Shown here piece by piece: positions 10,144 through 18,510 of a DNA stretch of 42,912 nt. Source of the stretch: Chloroflexota bacterium. GTDB lineage: Bacteria > Chloroflexota > Limnocylindria > Limnocylindrales > Limnocylindraceae. The stretch is taken from NCBI GenBank assembly GCA_041176225.1, contig JBEDDM010000003.1:1-42912 (forward strand), in the 5' to 3' direction. The number at the start of each line of letters is the position of its first letter. Within the stretch, counting starts at the first letter, position 1. Position numbers and translations under genes: made by a program. A model generated the notes under the pieces. That model saw only the letters and a list, made by a program, of their open reading frames with translations, did not search any database and was not told the DNA's origin.

Positions 10144-10476
10144 ATGAGCCAACAGCGCAGCCGAAGAATTCGCGGGGTGGTCTCACTCGGCACGGGCGTT
10201 GCGGTCTCAGTGGCGCTCGGGTCGTCGCTCCTCTACTTCCTCTGGGTTGCAAGCATTCGCGACTCCGAGCAGATCGGGCAGCTCTCGATCGGGACGTTCG
10301 TCGTGGGGCTCGCCTGCGCCTTCGCCGCCCTGATGCTCGCCTTCAGCATGATCCGGGCAATCCGACGGGCTGAGGACGGCCGAGCCCTCCTCGCCGCCCT
10401 CCTCGCAGGCGGCTTTGCGATCGCCGCCGCACTCGCGCTTGCCGCCTCCGACGTCCTCGGCAAACTCGCCGCCTGA
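10144..10476 (+). CDS. Small 3-TM membrane protein
   Basis: Three hydrophobic helices; TACCCT (10132-10137) 6 nt before ATG 10144. Confidence 0.7.
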   Translation: MSQQRSRRIRGVVSLGTGVAVSVALGSSLLYFLWVASIRDSEQIGQLSIGTFVVGLACAFAALMLAFSMIRAIRRAEDGRALLAALLAGGFAIAAALALAASDVLGKLAA

Positions 10477-10507
10477 ATCGAGCGGGTGCTACCCTCACCG
10501 TCCTGAC

Positions 10508-10584
10508 GCCCCTATCGTCTAGCGGCCTAGGACGCCACCCTTTCAAGGTGGAGATCACGGGTTCGAATCCCGTTGGGGGCACCA
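10508..10584 (+). tRNA. tRNA-Glu (TTC)
   Basis: Acceptor GCCCCTA/TGGGGGC, anticodon arm CCACC-CTTTCAA-GGTGG, T-loop GTTCGAATC, encoded CCA. Confidence 0.97.
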
Positions 10585-10626
10585 CACGTCCAAGACGAGC
10601 CGCTGCGCTCGTGCCATCCTGAGCCC

Positions 10627-10980
10627 ATGCCGATTAGCGTCCTCGCATTTCTCATCTACGCGCTCCTCCTTCTCGCGGGGCTCGGCCTCACCCTTGGGCC
10701 AATCGTGGAGCAGGCAACCGCGGCGCCCGTCACCCTGCAGGGAGTGGTCTGGATGGCGCTCATCGCCGCCGCAATCTTCAGCGTCACCCTCGTCCTCCAG
10801 CGAAAGGAGGCGGGGCGAGGTTTTGCGATCGGCCTCTCTACCGTTCTTATTCCGGCGGGCCCGCTGATCGCCCTGACCTTTGGCAACTGGCTCCCTGGCC
10901 TTCCTCCGATGCTGCTCGCACTGCTCCTCATTCGTGGGCTACGCGGCGGCGCGGCGCGCAGCTGGTTGAACCAGCAGTAG
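10627..10980 (+). CDS. Small 4-TM membrane protein
   Basis: Hydrophobic 117-aa ORF; TGcCATCCT 6 nt before ATG 10627. Confidence 0.75.
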   Translation: MPISVLAFLIYALLLLAGLGLTLGPIVEQATAAPVTLQGVVWMALIAAAIFSVTLVLQRKEAGRGFAIGLSTVLIPAGPLIALTFGNWLPGLPPMLLALLLIRGLRGGAARSWLNQQ

Positions 10981-10993
10981 TGAGGCGGACACG

Positions 10994-11857
10994 ATGAGTG
11001 CAAACGAACGACCAAAGAACCTCGCGATCAACGGAATCTTTGATCTTCCCCTTGATGTACACCTCCACACGCTGCTTTCACCAGATTCTGCGGTCCCAGT
11101 TGACGTGTACCCAGCACTTGCGATCGCGCTCGGCATGCCGCGCATTGCAATCACCGATCACCTCGACTTTGATCCTCGAGAGCCTGGCGCAACGCTTGCA
11201 CCCCATCAACGTCGCGTCGAGGTTGTCAACGAACTGCGCAGGAAGTTTGGTGATCGGCTTGAGATTCTTCTTGGCGTAGAGATCACCTACGAGCGCGCGT
11301 ATGAGCAGGATATTCGCGATCACCTGCAACGCCACCAGTACGACCTTACGATCGGGAGCATCCATCCAGGGATTGACTCTCCGTTCAAGCGATCACGTGC
11401 TGCGATATTTGCTGGGAGTGACGCAAACGTAACCGCGCCGTACTTTGATGAAGTCCTTGGTGCAGTTGAGAGCGGACTCTTCGACATCCTTGGCCATGCC
11501 GACTACGTTCGCAAGTATGTGTACCCGCATATCGGCACCGATCGTTTTGAGGCGGCACCTGAGCTCTACGAACCGTTCTTGCAGGCGCTGGTAAAGACTG
11601 GCACCGCACTCGAAATCAACAGTTCTGGCTGGAGACAGCGAACTGGCGTCTGCTATCCGCTCCCACAGGCCGTCGCACGGTATAAGGAGATTGGCGGTCG
11701 CTACATTGTCACCGGGTCTGATGCGCACGAACCAGATTGGTTTGCGCTGAATTTCGACCGTGCGCGAGCGCTCCTCCTAGAGCACGGGTTTGATGAGCTC
11801 GTCACGAAGCGGTGGGAGCGCGCTGGTGAACACTGGCCCGTACCGCCAACGCGCTAA
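10994..11857 (+). CDS. PHP-family phosphatase, histidinol-phosphatase HisJ/HisK type
   Basis: DVHLHT, ITDH, GVEI, GSIH, GHADY, LEINSSG, GSDAH metal-binding motifs. Confidence 0.88.
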   Translation: MSANERPKNLAINGIFDLPLDVHLHTLLSPDSAVPVDVYPALAIALGMPRIAITDHLDFDPREPGATLAPHQRRVEVVNELRRKFGDRLEILLGVEITYERAYEQDIRDHLQRHQYDLTIGSIHPGIDSPFKRSRAAIFAGSDANVTAPYFDEVLGAVESGLFDILGHADYVRKYVYPHIGTDRFEAAPELYEPFLQALVKTGTALEINSSGWRQRTGVCYPLPQAVARYKEIGGRYIVTGSDAHEPDWFALNFDRARALLLEHGFDELVTKRWERAGEHWPVPPTR

Positions 11858-11895
11858 CGGCGCGTCGCGGGCGCTGTTGATGCGGCGCGCCTCGA

Positions 11896-12438
11896 TCAGT
11901 CCGGTGGAAGCGTTGGATCTGCGTTCGAGAATCCTCGCTCAACAGCAAGTGCAATGCCGCCGCGCTGATCGACCAGAACAATCGCGCGAATAACATCGAG
12001 TGAGTCGCCGCTCGGAATCTCCATGCTCGGACGAACGTCATCGGTGACGATGAGCCAGTAGACGCCACTGAGTGACGGTGCGTCACTCCCTGCGGTCGTT
12101 AGTGTGATCAGCCGCACACGTGGCGACGCGCCAACCGGTGCATCGGCGGTGCGCGCCGCGCGAACCGCGCTCTGTGGTGAGATGCCAGCGAGCACCGTGT
12201 CCGCACTCACCGCCTCCCACCCTGCTGGAAGTGGGAGGTCGAGCGGTCGAATGCGGTCCGCCTGCACGCGAAGGAGGAGTGCGCCGACGAGAAACGCAAC
12301 CGTCAGCAACGCCATCACGCGAAGCACCTGTCCTCGACTCACTGGGGTCGCGATCTCTACCCCTGCAGGGGGCAGCGCCGCCTGAGAGACCTCGTTCTGG
12401 CCGTCTGGCCCTGGGTGCTCGCTCGGGTGCTGGCTCAT
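11896..12438 (-). CDS. Single-TM hypothetical protein
   Basis: One TM (VMALLTVAFLVGALLL) followed by a soluble domain. Start trimmed to ATG 12438 (CACGAT 6 nt upstream). Confidence 0.65.
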   Translation of the reverse strand: MSQHPSEHPGPDGQNEVSQAALPPAGVEIATPVSRGQVLRVMALLTVAFLVGALLLRVQADRIRPLDLPLPAGWEAVSADTVLAGISPQSAVRAARTADAPVGASPRVRLITLTTAGSDAPSLSGVYWLIVTDDVRPSMEIPSGDSLDVIRAIVLVDQRGGIALAVERGFSNADPTLPPD

Positions 12439-12476
12439 GCCGCCATCGTGCCAGAGTTCGCCGCTACGATTCAGCC

Positions 12477-14291
12477 ATGACCACATCTGGCGCACACCCG
12501 ACTCCTGCTGAGCGCGCCCGAGCCCTCCCGCGCGACCCGCTCCTCGGCATCCCGCTGCGACACGTGGTCCGTGATGCGGTCGGCCGCGCCCTGCGTCGTG
12601 CAATCGCCAACGGCACCCTCCCCGCACCTGCCGATGCGAACGCGCTTGAGGCACTCATCCGTGGGATTGAAGTTGAGGTGCCTGCAAGCAGTGAACATGG
12701 TGACTACGCCTCAAACATTGCAATGAAGTCTGGAAAGCTCCTGCAACGCGCCCCCGCACAGATTGCTGCGGCACTCGTTGCAGAGTTGGACGTGGAGGCG
12801 CAAGAGCGGCTCCATGGTGGCGCGGGTTCGCTCGGACCAATCACGCAGGCCAGCGTTGCAGGCCCAGGGTTTCTCAACATGCGCCTCCGCGCCGGACTCC
12901 TCGCCGATCTCCTTGACACAATCATCGCGTCACCGTCCGCGTGGGGACACGTCGTGCCAGCGGACTCCAAGGGTCCGCTCCGCGTCAATGTGGAATTCGT
13001 CTCCGCAAATCCCACAGGGCCACTGACGGTCGGTAATGCGCGCGGTGCATTTGTCGGCGACCTCCTCTCGCGCGTCCTTGAAGCCGCTGGTCAAGAGGTA
13101 ACTCGCGAGTACTACTTCAACGACTTTGGCGAACAGGTGCGCCGACTCGGCGAAAGCGTGATCGCGCTGCGTGACGGCATTCAGGTGGCAGAAGATGGAT
13201 ACAAGGGCGACTACGTTGGCGAACTCGCCACAGCGATCCCTGCTGATGTTGCAGCGCGCGCTGCAGAGGCACGTGAGGCACACAGCGCTGACCCTGATCG
13301 CGACGAGGTCGCCGTCATCGGTAAGTGGGCATCAGAGCGCATTCGTATTGGCATTCAGTCTTCGCTCGCCGCGCTCGGTGTTGAGTTTGATGTGTGGCGC
13401 TCAGAAGGGTCTCTGTATACCGAGGGGCACGTTGAACGCGCCATTGAAAAGCTCCGCGCGGCTGGCTGGCTTGAAGAGCGCGACGGTGCGCTCTGGTTCA
13501 AGAGCACAGCGTTCGGTGATGACAAAGACCGTGTGATCAAGAAGTCTACGGGCGCATACACGTACTTCGGATCAGATATTGGTTATGTCGAGGAGAAGTT
13601 TAACCGTGGCTTTGATCACCTGGTGTATGTCTGGGGTGCGGATCATCACGGCACCGTTGCACGAGTGCGCAATGCAGGCGAGGCGCTCGGATACCAAAAG
13701 GAGCACATGGAGATGCTTCTCGTGGCGTGGGTACGATTCGTTCGGGACGGCGTAGAGATGAGCATGTCTAAGCGTGCCGGAACCTTTGTGACGCTTGATG
13801 AGCTTCTCGAAGAGATCGGTGTGGATTCTGCACGTTGGTACTTTGCCTCTCGCAGTGCGAGCACCGCGATTGACTTCGACATCAAGGCAGCCACCGCGCG
13901 CAACAATGAGAATCCTGTCTACTACGCGCAGTACGCGCATGCACGCATGCAATCAATCTTGCGCAAGGCGGCTACCGAAGGGCTCGCGACGGCACCTGCC
14001 ATTGGAGATCTCCTTGACAACGAGACGAGTGCAGATGCTGTGTTGGCGCGGGTCGTCGTTCGACTCCCGGAAGTCGTGGAGGATGCTGCGGCGCACCATG
14101 AGACGCAGGGCGTGACGACGTACGCCACCGAACTCGCTACCGCCTTCTCCGCCTTCTATCGCGATGCGAAGGTGGTGGACAGTAGTGCCCCTGAGCTCTC
14201 CGCCAAACGGCTGCGGCTGGTCCAAGCGGCCGCAACCAGCCTCGCCGCCTCGCTCCGCCTGCTCGGGATCTCCGCCCCCGCCGAGATGTAG
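12477..14291 (+). CDS. argS: Arginine--tRNA ligase
   Basis: HGDYASNIA, AGPGFLN, VEFVSANPTGPL, FGDDKDRV, WGADHHG, MSKRAG, NPVYYAQYAHAR, C-terminal DALR-like domain. Start at ATG 12477. Confidence 0.96.
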   Translation: MTTSGAHPTPAERARALPRDPLLGIPLRHVVRDAVGRALRRAIANGTLPAPADANALEALIRGIEVEVPASSEHGDYASNIAMKSGKLLQRAPAQIAAALVAELDVEAQERLHGGAGSLGPITQASVAGPGFLNMRLRAGLLADLLDTIIASPSAWGHVVPADSKGPLRVNVEFVSANPTGPLTVGNARGAFVGDLLSRVLEAAGQEVTREYYFNDFGEQVRRLGESVIALRDGIQVAEDGYKGDYVGELATAIPADVAARAAEAREAHSADPDRDEVAVIGKWASERIRIGIQSSLAALGVEFDVWRSEGSLYTEGHVERAIEKLRAAGWLEERDGALWFKSTAFGDDKDRVIKKSTGAYTYFGSDIGYVEEKFNRGFDHLVYVWGADHHGTVARVRNAGEALGYQKEHMEMLLVAWVRFVRDGVEMSMSKRAGTFVTLDELLEEIGVDSARWYFASRSASTAIDFDIKAATARNNENPVYYAQYAHARMQSILRKAATEGLATAPAIGDLLDNETSADAVLARVVVRLPEVVEDAAAHHETQGVTTYATELATAFSAFYRDAKVVDSSAPELSAKRLRLVQAAATSLAASLRLLGISAPAEM

Positions 14292-14310
14292 GCCCGCCCT
14301 CAGGGCGAGC
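14292..14310. terminator. Hairpin between argS and the convergent ncRNA candidate
   Basis: CGCCC-TCA-GGGCG stem directly after the argS stop; no U-tract. Confidence 0.35.
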
Positions 14311-14315
14311 GCGAG

Positions 14316-14527
14316 TGGGTCCCGAGCCGTAGAGGGCCCCTTGGTACAGGTGGGTCCGAAGGATTGCGAAGTCTTTACCTGGCTGCTCAGTGGAGATTCA
14401 CCCGCGAGGAAGATGATGGGGTTCGGTTCACTGGACCTCCCTCCTGAGAACCGACCTCCAGCCAGGCGGGGGCGATGGGCATTGACCCCGCCTGGCACAC
14501 CCCTCCGTACGACGCCCGCGGGTGGCG
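14316..14527 (-). ncRNA. ssrS: 6S RNA-like structured RNA
   Basis: The minus strand carries the 6S-like string GAACC...GGGTG...GACCCACCTGTACCAAGGGG...ACGGC...GGGAC; the ends pair (GUCGUA/UACGGC, GAGGG/CCCUC, CCCG/CGGG); -10 TATTCT at 14539-14534. Boundaries are approximate. Confidence 0.6.
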
Positions 14528-14532
14528 CGTGG

Positions 14533-14539
14533 GAGAATA
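14533..14539. promoter_or_regulatory. Overlapping bidirectional -10 elements (GAGAAT on +, TATTCT on -)
   Basis: GAGAAT lies 6 nt before ATG 14545; TATTCT on the opposite strand lies about 7 nt before the predicted ncRNA 5' end. Confidence 0.5.
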
Positions 14540-14544
14540 GGGCG

Positions 14545-15237
14545 ATGGAACTCACCTATTACGGACGCAGCTGCGTCCGAATCCGAGGACGCGAGGCAAC
14601 GATCGCCTACGACCCGTACACCTCCATCGTGGGGCCAACCGGTCGCGGGATCACGGCGGACATCGTCACCCTCAGCCACCCAGATGACGCGCCGCTCGCG
14701 CGCGTGAAGGGTCGCCTCGCACCACGCGACGGACGCACCCCCATTGCCACCAGCCTGGACAACGCTGTCGTCTTGGAGGGGCCAGGCGAATACGAAGTGA
14801 AGTCGGTGCTCATCACCGGCATTCGTAGCTACCGCGATAGCCATCGCGGCGGCGCAGCGCGACACAACACCGTCTTCTACGCAGAGATCGACGGCATCCA
14901 CGTCGTGCACCTCGGCGACCACGCTGAAGGGTTTTCTACTGATCAGATCAAAGAGCTCCCAGGCGCGGACATTGTGCTCATCCCAGTTGGGGGAGAACTG
15001 AGCGCCGAAGCAGCATCCGCGCTCATCAACCAGCTCGGCCCCAAGATCGTCATCCCAATGCCGATGACCGATGACGTTGCCAAGGCGAATGCCGCCGTCA
15101 AGGCCTTCTGCAAGGAGGAGGGGCTCACCACACCGCCAACCGCGCAGCCAAAACTGACGATCACGATCTCAGGTCTCCCAGAGGAGACGACCACCATTGT
15201 GGTCGAGCCACGTGGCGAGGCCTTCGGCGCTGAGTAG
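14545..15237 (+). CDS. MBL-fold metallo-hydrolase family protein (degenerate metal site)
   Basis: MELTYYGRSCVRI, DPY, GPGEYEV, VHLGD, DIVLIPVGG, PKIVIPM are typical of Lactamase_B_3/UPF0173-like proteins. Confidence 0.85.
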   Translation: MELTYYGRSCVRIRGREATIAYDPYTSIVGPTGRGITADIVTLSHPDDAPLARVKGRLAPRDGRTPIATSLDNAVVLEGPGEYEVKSVLITGIRSYRDSHRGGAARHNTVFYAEIDGIHVVHLGDHAEGFSTDQIKELPGADIVLIPVGGELSAEAASALINQLGPKIVIPMPMTDDVAKANAAVKAFCKEEGLTTPPTAQPKLTITISGLPEETTTIVVEPRGEAFGAE

Positions 15238-15240
15238 ACC

Positions 15241-15266
15241 CTGTCTCGCCGCATAGGGCGAGACAG
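15241..15266 (+). terminator. Stem-loop after the MBL gene
   Basis: Perfect 10-bp stem CTGTCTCGCC/GGCGAGACAG with a 6-nt loop. Confidence 0.55.
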
Positions 15267-15337
15267 ACTGCTGGCACAACTTCTTGATCTAATCTCACGG
15301 AGCGGCGCGTCAGCGCCACAACACACGGAGGGCGCAC

Positions 15338-15601
15338 ATGCGCGACGGAGATTTTGGCGGTGATGCCTTTGATGGCGGAGATGATCCGAGTGGCGACGGT
15401 GGGCCGCTCGATCTAAACAACAACGGGACCGGACTTGATGAGTTCGTCCTCTTCGCTGCGATCACTGAAGATCAGCGTCGTCGTAAGGAGAAACGCGCGG
15501 CAAAGGCCGCTCTCGCTGACGAGAAGAGGGTGGCGAGTTCATCTGGCTGTCTCTTGCCACTCGTTGCAGTTGCGCTGCTGGTGACGCTGCTCGCTATCTA
15601 G
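15338..15601 (+). CDS. Small hypothetical protein, acidic N-terminus and C-terminal TM
   Basis: SD GGAGG 7 nt before ATG; TAATCT upstream; C-terminal hydrophobic anchor. Confidence 0.6.
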   Translation: MRDGDFGGDAFDGGDDPSGDGGPLDLNNNGTGLDEFVLFAAITEDQRRRKEKRAAKAALADEKRVASSSGCLLPLVAVALLVTLLAI

Positions 15602-16565
15602 AGAGTCGGGATTCAATCGTCGCGCGCTGCCAGCCGCCGCGAATCTTTAAGGTATTCGGATCACCACCCGCACGCAGCGCAGCCTCTGGAACGAGCCCCA
15701 CAATCTCACTCTCGCCGAGCTGAACGCCGAGCGCACGCGCCTCACGCTCCGCACGATCACGAATGCTGTGCAGTGTGATTCCCGCTTTGGCAGCGCCGAT
15801 CACGTCGTGCAGATTCATTGAGAGCTGTGCGCTATGAACGCTTGGCAGCGCAAGGCCGAGCGCTTGCAAGTTCGGCACTCCTCCAGACGCGCTCCCTCGC
15901 ATTGATGCGGCAGCGCTCCGTGCCGCACGGAGGAGTTCCGCCTCTGGCGCACCCGTAAGTTCAATGTTCCATGCCGCCATCAGTGGACGAACGCCAACCG
16001 CAACTGCACCAGCAGTGATATGCGGCACTGCGGGGCCCTCATCAGGTTCGTGCGCTGGATTTTGCTGCCGTGCGACAAGATCCTCAAATCCACCGCGTCG
16101 AATCTCTGGAAGCGCGCGTCGCGCCTCAGAGCGCGCAACCGCGCCGTAGAAGTGCACTGAGATGTCGAGGTCTGCGGCGAGTGCACGACCAAGCGTGCGC
16201 GCTGCGGCGATTGCGCCGCGCTCGTCACCGGCGGGACCAAGCGGCACGATTGGGACCACGTCGATCGCGCCAATACGTGGATGGACGCCGCGGCCGGCAC
16301 CGCTTTTTGCAGGTGACGCAAGGTTGATCGTTGCCACCGCAAGCCGCGCCAGCGCGCGTGTTGCAAGGATGAGAGCGTCTGCTTCACCCACGTAGGTGTA
16401 GACGCTGCGGTCATGGTCAGCGTCGTGGTGAACGTCGAGCAGGTGCACGCCTGGCGAGCCTGCGACCACTGACGTAAAGGCGGCGAGGATCGATGCGTCC
16501 CGCCCCTCGCTGACGTTCGCAACCACCTCATACGGAGGGAGCAGCGAGGGCACGCGCCCGTTCAC
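15594..16565 (-). CDS. ftcD: Glutamate formiminotransferase (FtcD N-terminal FT domain)
   Basis: VANVSEGRD, DADHDRSVYT, GVHPRIGAIDVVPIVP, IRRGGFE, PDEGP, QLSMNL, SEIVGLVP. Confidence 0.9.
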   Translation of the reverse strand: MNGRVPSLLPPYEVVANVSEGRDASILAAFTSVVAGSPGVHLLDVHHDADHDRSVYTYVGEADALILATRALARLAVATINLASPAKSGAGRGVHPRIGAIDVVPIVPLGPAGDERGAIAAARTLGRALAADLDISVHFYGAVARSEARRALPEIRRGGFEDLVARQQNPAHEPDEGPAVPHITAGAVAVGVRPLMAAWNIELTGAPEAELLRAARSAAASMRGSASGGVPNLQALGLALPSVHSAQLSMNLHDVIGAAKAGITLHSIRDRAEREARALGVQLGESEIVGLVPEAALRAGGDPNTLKIRGGWQRATIESRLSR

Positions 16566-17326
16566 TCCAGGACTCGGCGCATCACGGGCCAGCGTCCATC
16601 CGGCCCAGTGGCCGCGACGGCAAAGCCGAGGCGCTCCCAGAAGCGTTGCGTCGCCGAGGAGGTGGCCTCCGCATCAAGCGCCGCCGCCGTGGCAGGCTCT
16701 TCTGGATACGCCTCTACCGCGGCGAACCCTGCGCCATTTAGCCGCGTCAACACTCCTTCAACAAGCGCACTCCCCAGCGCACTCCCGCGTGCCGCGGGGA
16801 TCACAGAGATGCAGGTCACCACCGCGGGCGGTGGCGTGGAGGGGAGATCTGGATAGCGATCACGGAGTCGTTGCGCGCGAGGAAAGGCAGAGAGTGGGCC
16901 CGCCTGGCAGTACGCCACTGGCTCGCCCTTCGCGAGCAGAATCCACCCCATTGGTCCACTGATTGGAAGTTGGCGCGTCAGGAGTCGCAGCTTCGCCGGC
17001 TGCCCTGGCGCCGCCGCTGCGTCACGAAGCGCCTCTTCACGCGTTGGCGCCTTTGGTGCAAATGGATTGAAGGCTGGCGCTTCGCTCACCTCCGCGCCGA
17101 GAAAGGCGGCGAGTGCCGCCTTGCCACCCGCAGGGGCGGTGGCGCGCGGCGTCACGTTCGCGGGCCGCGCATCAAGGTGGGCCGCCTTGCTCCCTTTGTC
17201 TGCATCCTCCCACCAGGTGCAGGTGGCGTGATCGGCATCGTCGCGAGTGCACGGGGGGACGAGCGCAAGGTCATCGGCGCTCTCCACGCCGATCAGTTCA
17301 AAGCCGTCGCCGATGTCAATCCTCAT
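16562..17326 (-). CDS. GNAT-family N-acetyltransferase
   Basis: VAYCQAGP, VVTCISVIPAARGSALG acetyl-CoA motif, AVEAYP, FWERLGF; N-terminal CxxW. Start at ATG 17326. Confidence 0.8.
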   Translation of the reverse strand: MRIDIGDGFELIGVESADDLALVPPCTRDDADHATCTWWEDADKGSKAAHLDARPANVTPRATAPAGGKAALAAFLGAEVSEAPAFNPFAPKAPTREEALRDAAAAPGQPAKLRLLTRQLPISGPMGWILLAKGEPVAYCQAGPLSAFPRAQRLRDRYPDLPSTPPPAVVTCISVIPAARGSALGSALVEGVLTRLNGAGFAAVEAYPEEPATAAALDAEATSSATQRFWERLGFAVAATGPDGRWPVMRRVLE

Positions 17327-17346
17327 CGTCTGGGATACTAGCCCGC

Positions 17347-17481
17347 ATGGGAACACATGCGTCAGAAGAGAACGAGAAGCTCGGACCGATCAACGTTCGT
17401 GCCTGGCTCGCCGGAGCCCTCGGCGTGGCGATCGGTCTCATCACCGTCGCGGTGATCGCAGTTGCCGCCGGAGCCCTCTAG
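17347..17481 (+). CDS. 44-aa single-TM small protein
   Basis: MGTHASEENEKLGPINVRAWLAGALGVAIGLITVAVIAVAAGAL; GATACT 7 nt before ATG; fills the gap between minus-strand genes. Confidence 0.55.
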   Translation: MGTHASEENEKLGPINVRAWLAGALGVAIGLITVAVIAVAAGAL

Positions 17482-17516
17482 GCCCCAGCGGCAGTCTGCA
17501 GTTCAACAGAGTTCGA

Positions 17517-18464
17517 TTAGCGCCGTGCTGCGCGGCGTGCACCCTTTGGCGCTCCGCCGAGTGTGCGCTTCGCTCGGGATGCAAGTGCGCTGAAGGCTCG
17601 GCCGATCAGCGAACCGAAGAGTCCTCCGAGCAGTGCGATCGGAGCACCGATCACAACGATGTTGATGGCGGCAACGATCACCGCTCGCCCCACGTTGATC
17701 AAGTTTGCGAGGGCGCTACTGATCTCGTACCTAAGATCAAAGTCGCCCGACGCCTCAGCGACGGGAGAGACTGGAAGTGAGAGTGAGACGTTGATGCTCG
17801 CCATCTCAACCTGATCCTTCACGCCGCTGAGCTGTGCTTCGTAGGACTCAATGTCGCCCTGGATGCGGCTCAGCTCGGACTGCACCGCGACAACGTCTGC
17901 GACAGACTCAGCGCGATCAAGCAGCTCGAGGAATGCCGCCTCACTTGCGCGAAGGTTTTCCAGTCGTGCTTCAAGGTCAATCACCTGCATGGTGACTTCG
18001 TAGCTGCTGATGTCTTCATAGAGAACTTCGCCTTCGCCGCGCAGCGATGCCATCACGGCACTGAACTCTGCAGCGGGAACACGAAGGGTTGCACTGAGAT
18101 AAAGGTTTTCGCCTTGACCTGATCGGGAGCTTGCGGAAATGTAGCCGCCTGCGCTTTCAACAATTGTGTTGACACGTGCGAGCGCATCATCAGCGTCGGT
18201 TACCTCTAGGGAGAGGTTGCCGTATCGGACGACGTCGCTTGTGCCATCGCCACGAATTGAAGAGGTCGTGTCGCCAAACTCAGGGGCCACTCCACCGGCG
18301 CCGATCTCTTTGCCGTCTGAATAGCTCGGTTCAAACCCTCCACCCAAGTTGCTCGTTCCGCCAGTCACTCCGAGTCCTGAGATCAGGGCCAGGGCGAGGG
18401 CGAGGACGGCACCGAGGACGGCCGGGAAGCCGAGGCGCGTCATCAGGGCACTTCGTGCGTTCAT
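17517..18464 (-). CDS. DUF4349 domain-containing membrane protein
   Basis: N-terminal TM, LSLEVTD...GGYI, LRVPA, DLEARLENL coiled coil, ELSRIQGDIE, C-terminal TM; SD AAGGAG before ATG 18464. Confidence 0.85.
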   Translation of the reverse strand: MNARSALMTRLGFPAVLGAVLALALALISGLGVTGGTSNLGGGFEPSYSDGKEIGAGGVAPEFGDTTSSIRGDGTSDVVRYGNLSLEVTDADDALARVNTIVESAGGYISASSRSGQGENLYLSATLRVPAAEFSAVMASLRGEGEVLYEDISSYEVTMQVIDLEARLENLRASEAAFLELLDRAESVADVVAVQSELSRIQGDIESYEAQLSGVKDQVEMASINVSLSLPVSPVAEASGDFDLRYEISSALANLINVGRAVIVAAINIVVIGAPIALLGGLFGSLIGRAFSALASRAKRTLGGAPKGARRAARR

Positions 18465-18510
18465 TGATTCACTCCTTCTCTTTGGGCTCAAGAGAGCCCT
18501 TCAGTCCCAT

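Noticed and set aside
12120-12654. Overlapping N-terminal extensions of argS and the divergent gene, and similar ORF-track extensions elsewhere
   Set aside because: They are low-complexity and overlap neighbouring genes; the internal ATGs have correctly spaced -10 hexamers.
14541-14580. Fluoride riboswitch-like GGCGATGGA string
   Set aside because: It is the start of the MBL coding sequence; the downstream pseudoknot consensus is absent.
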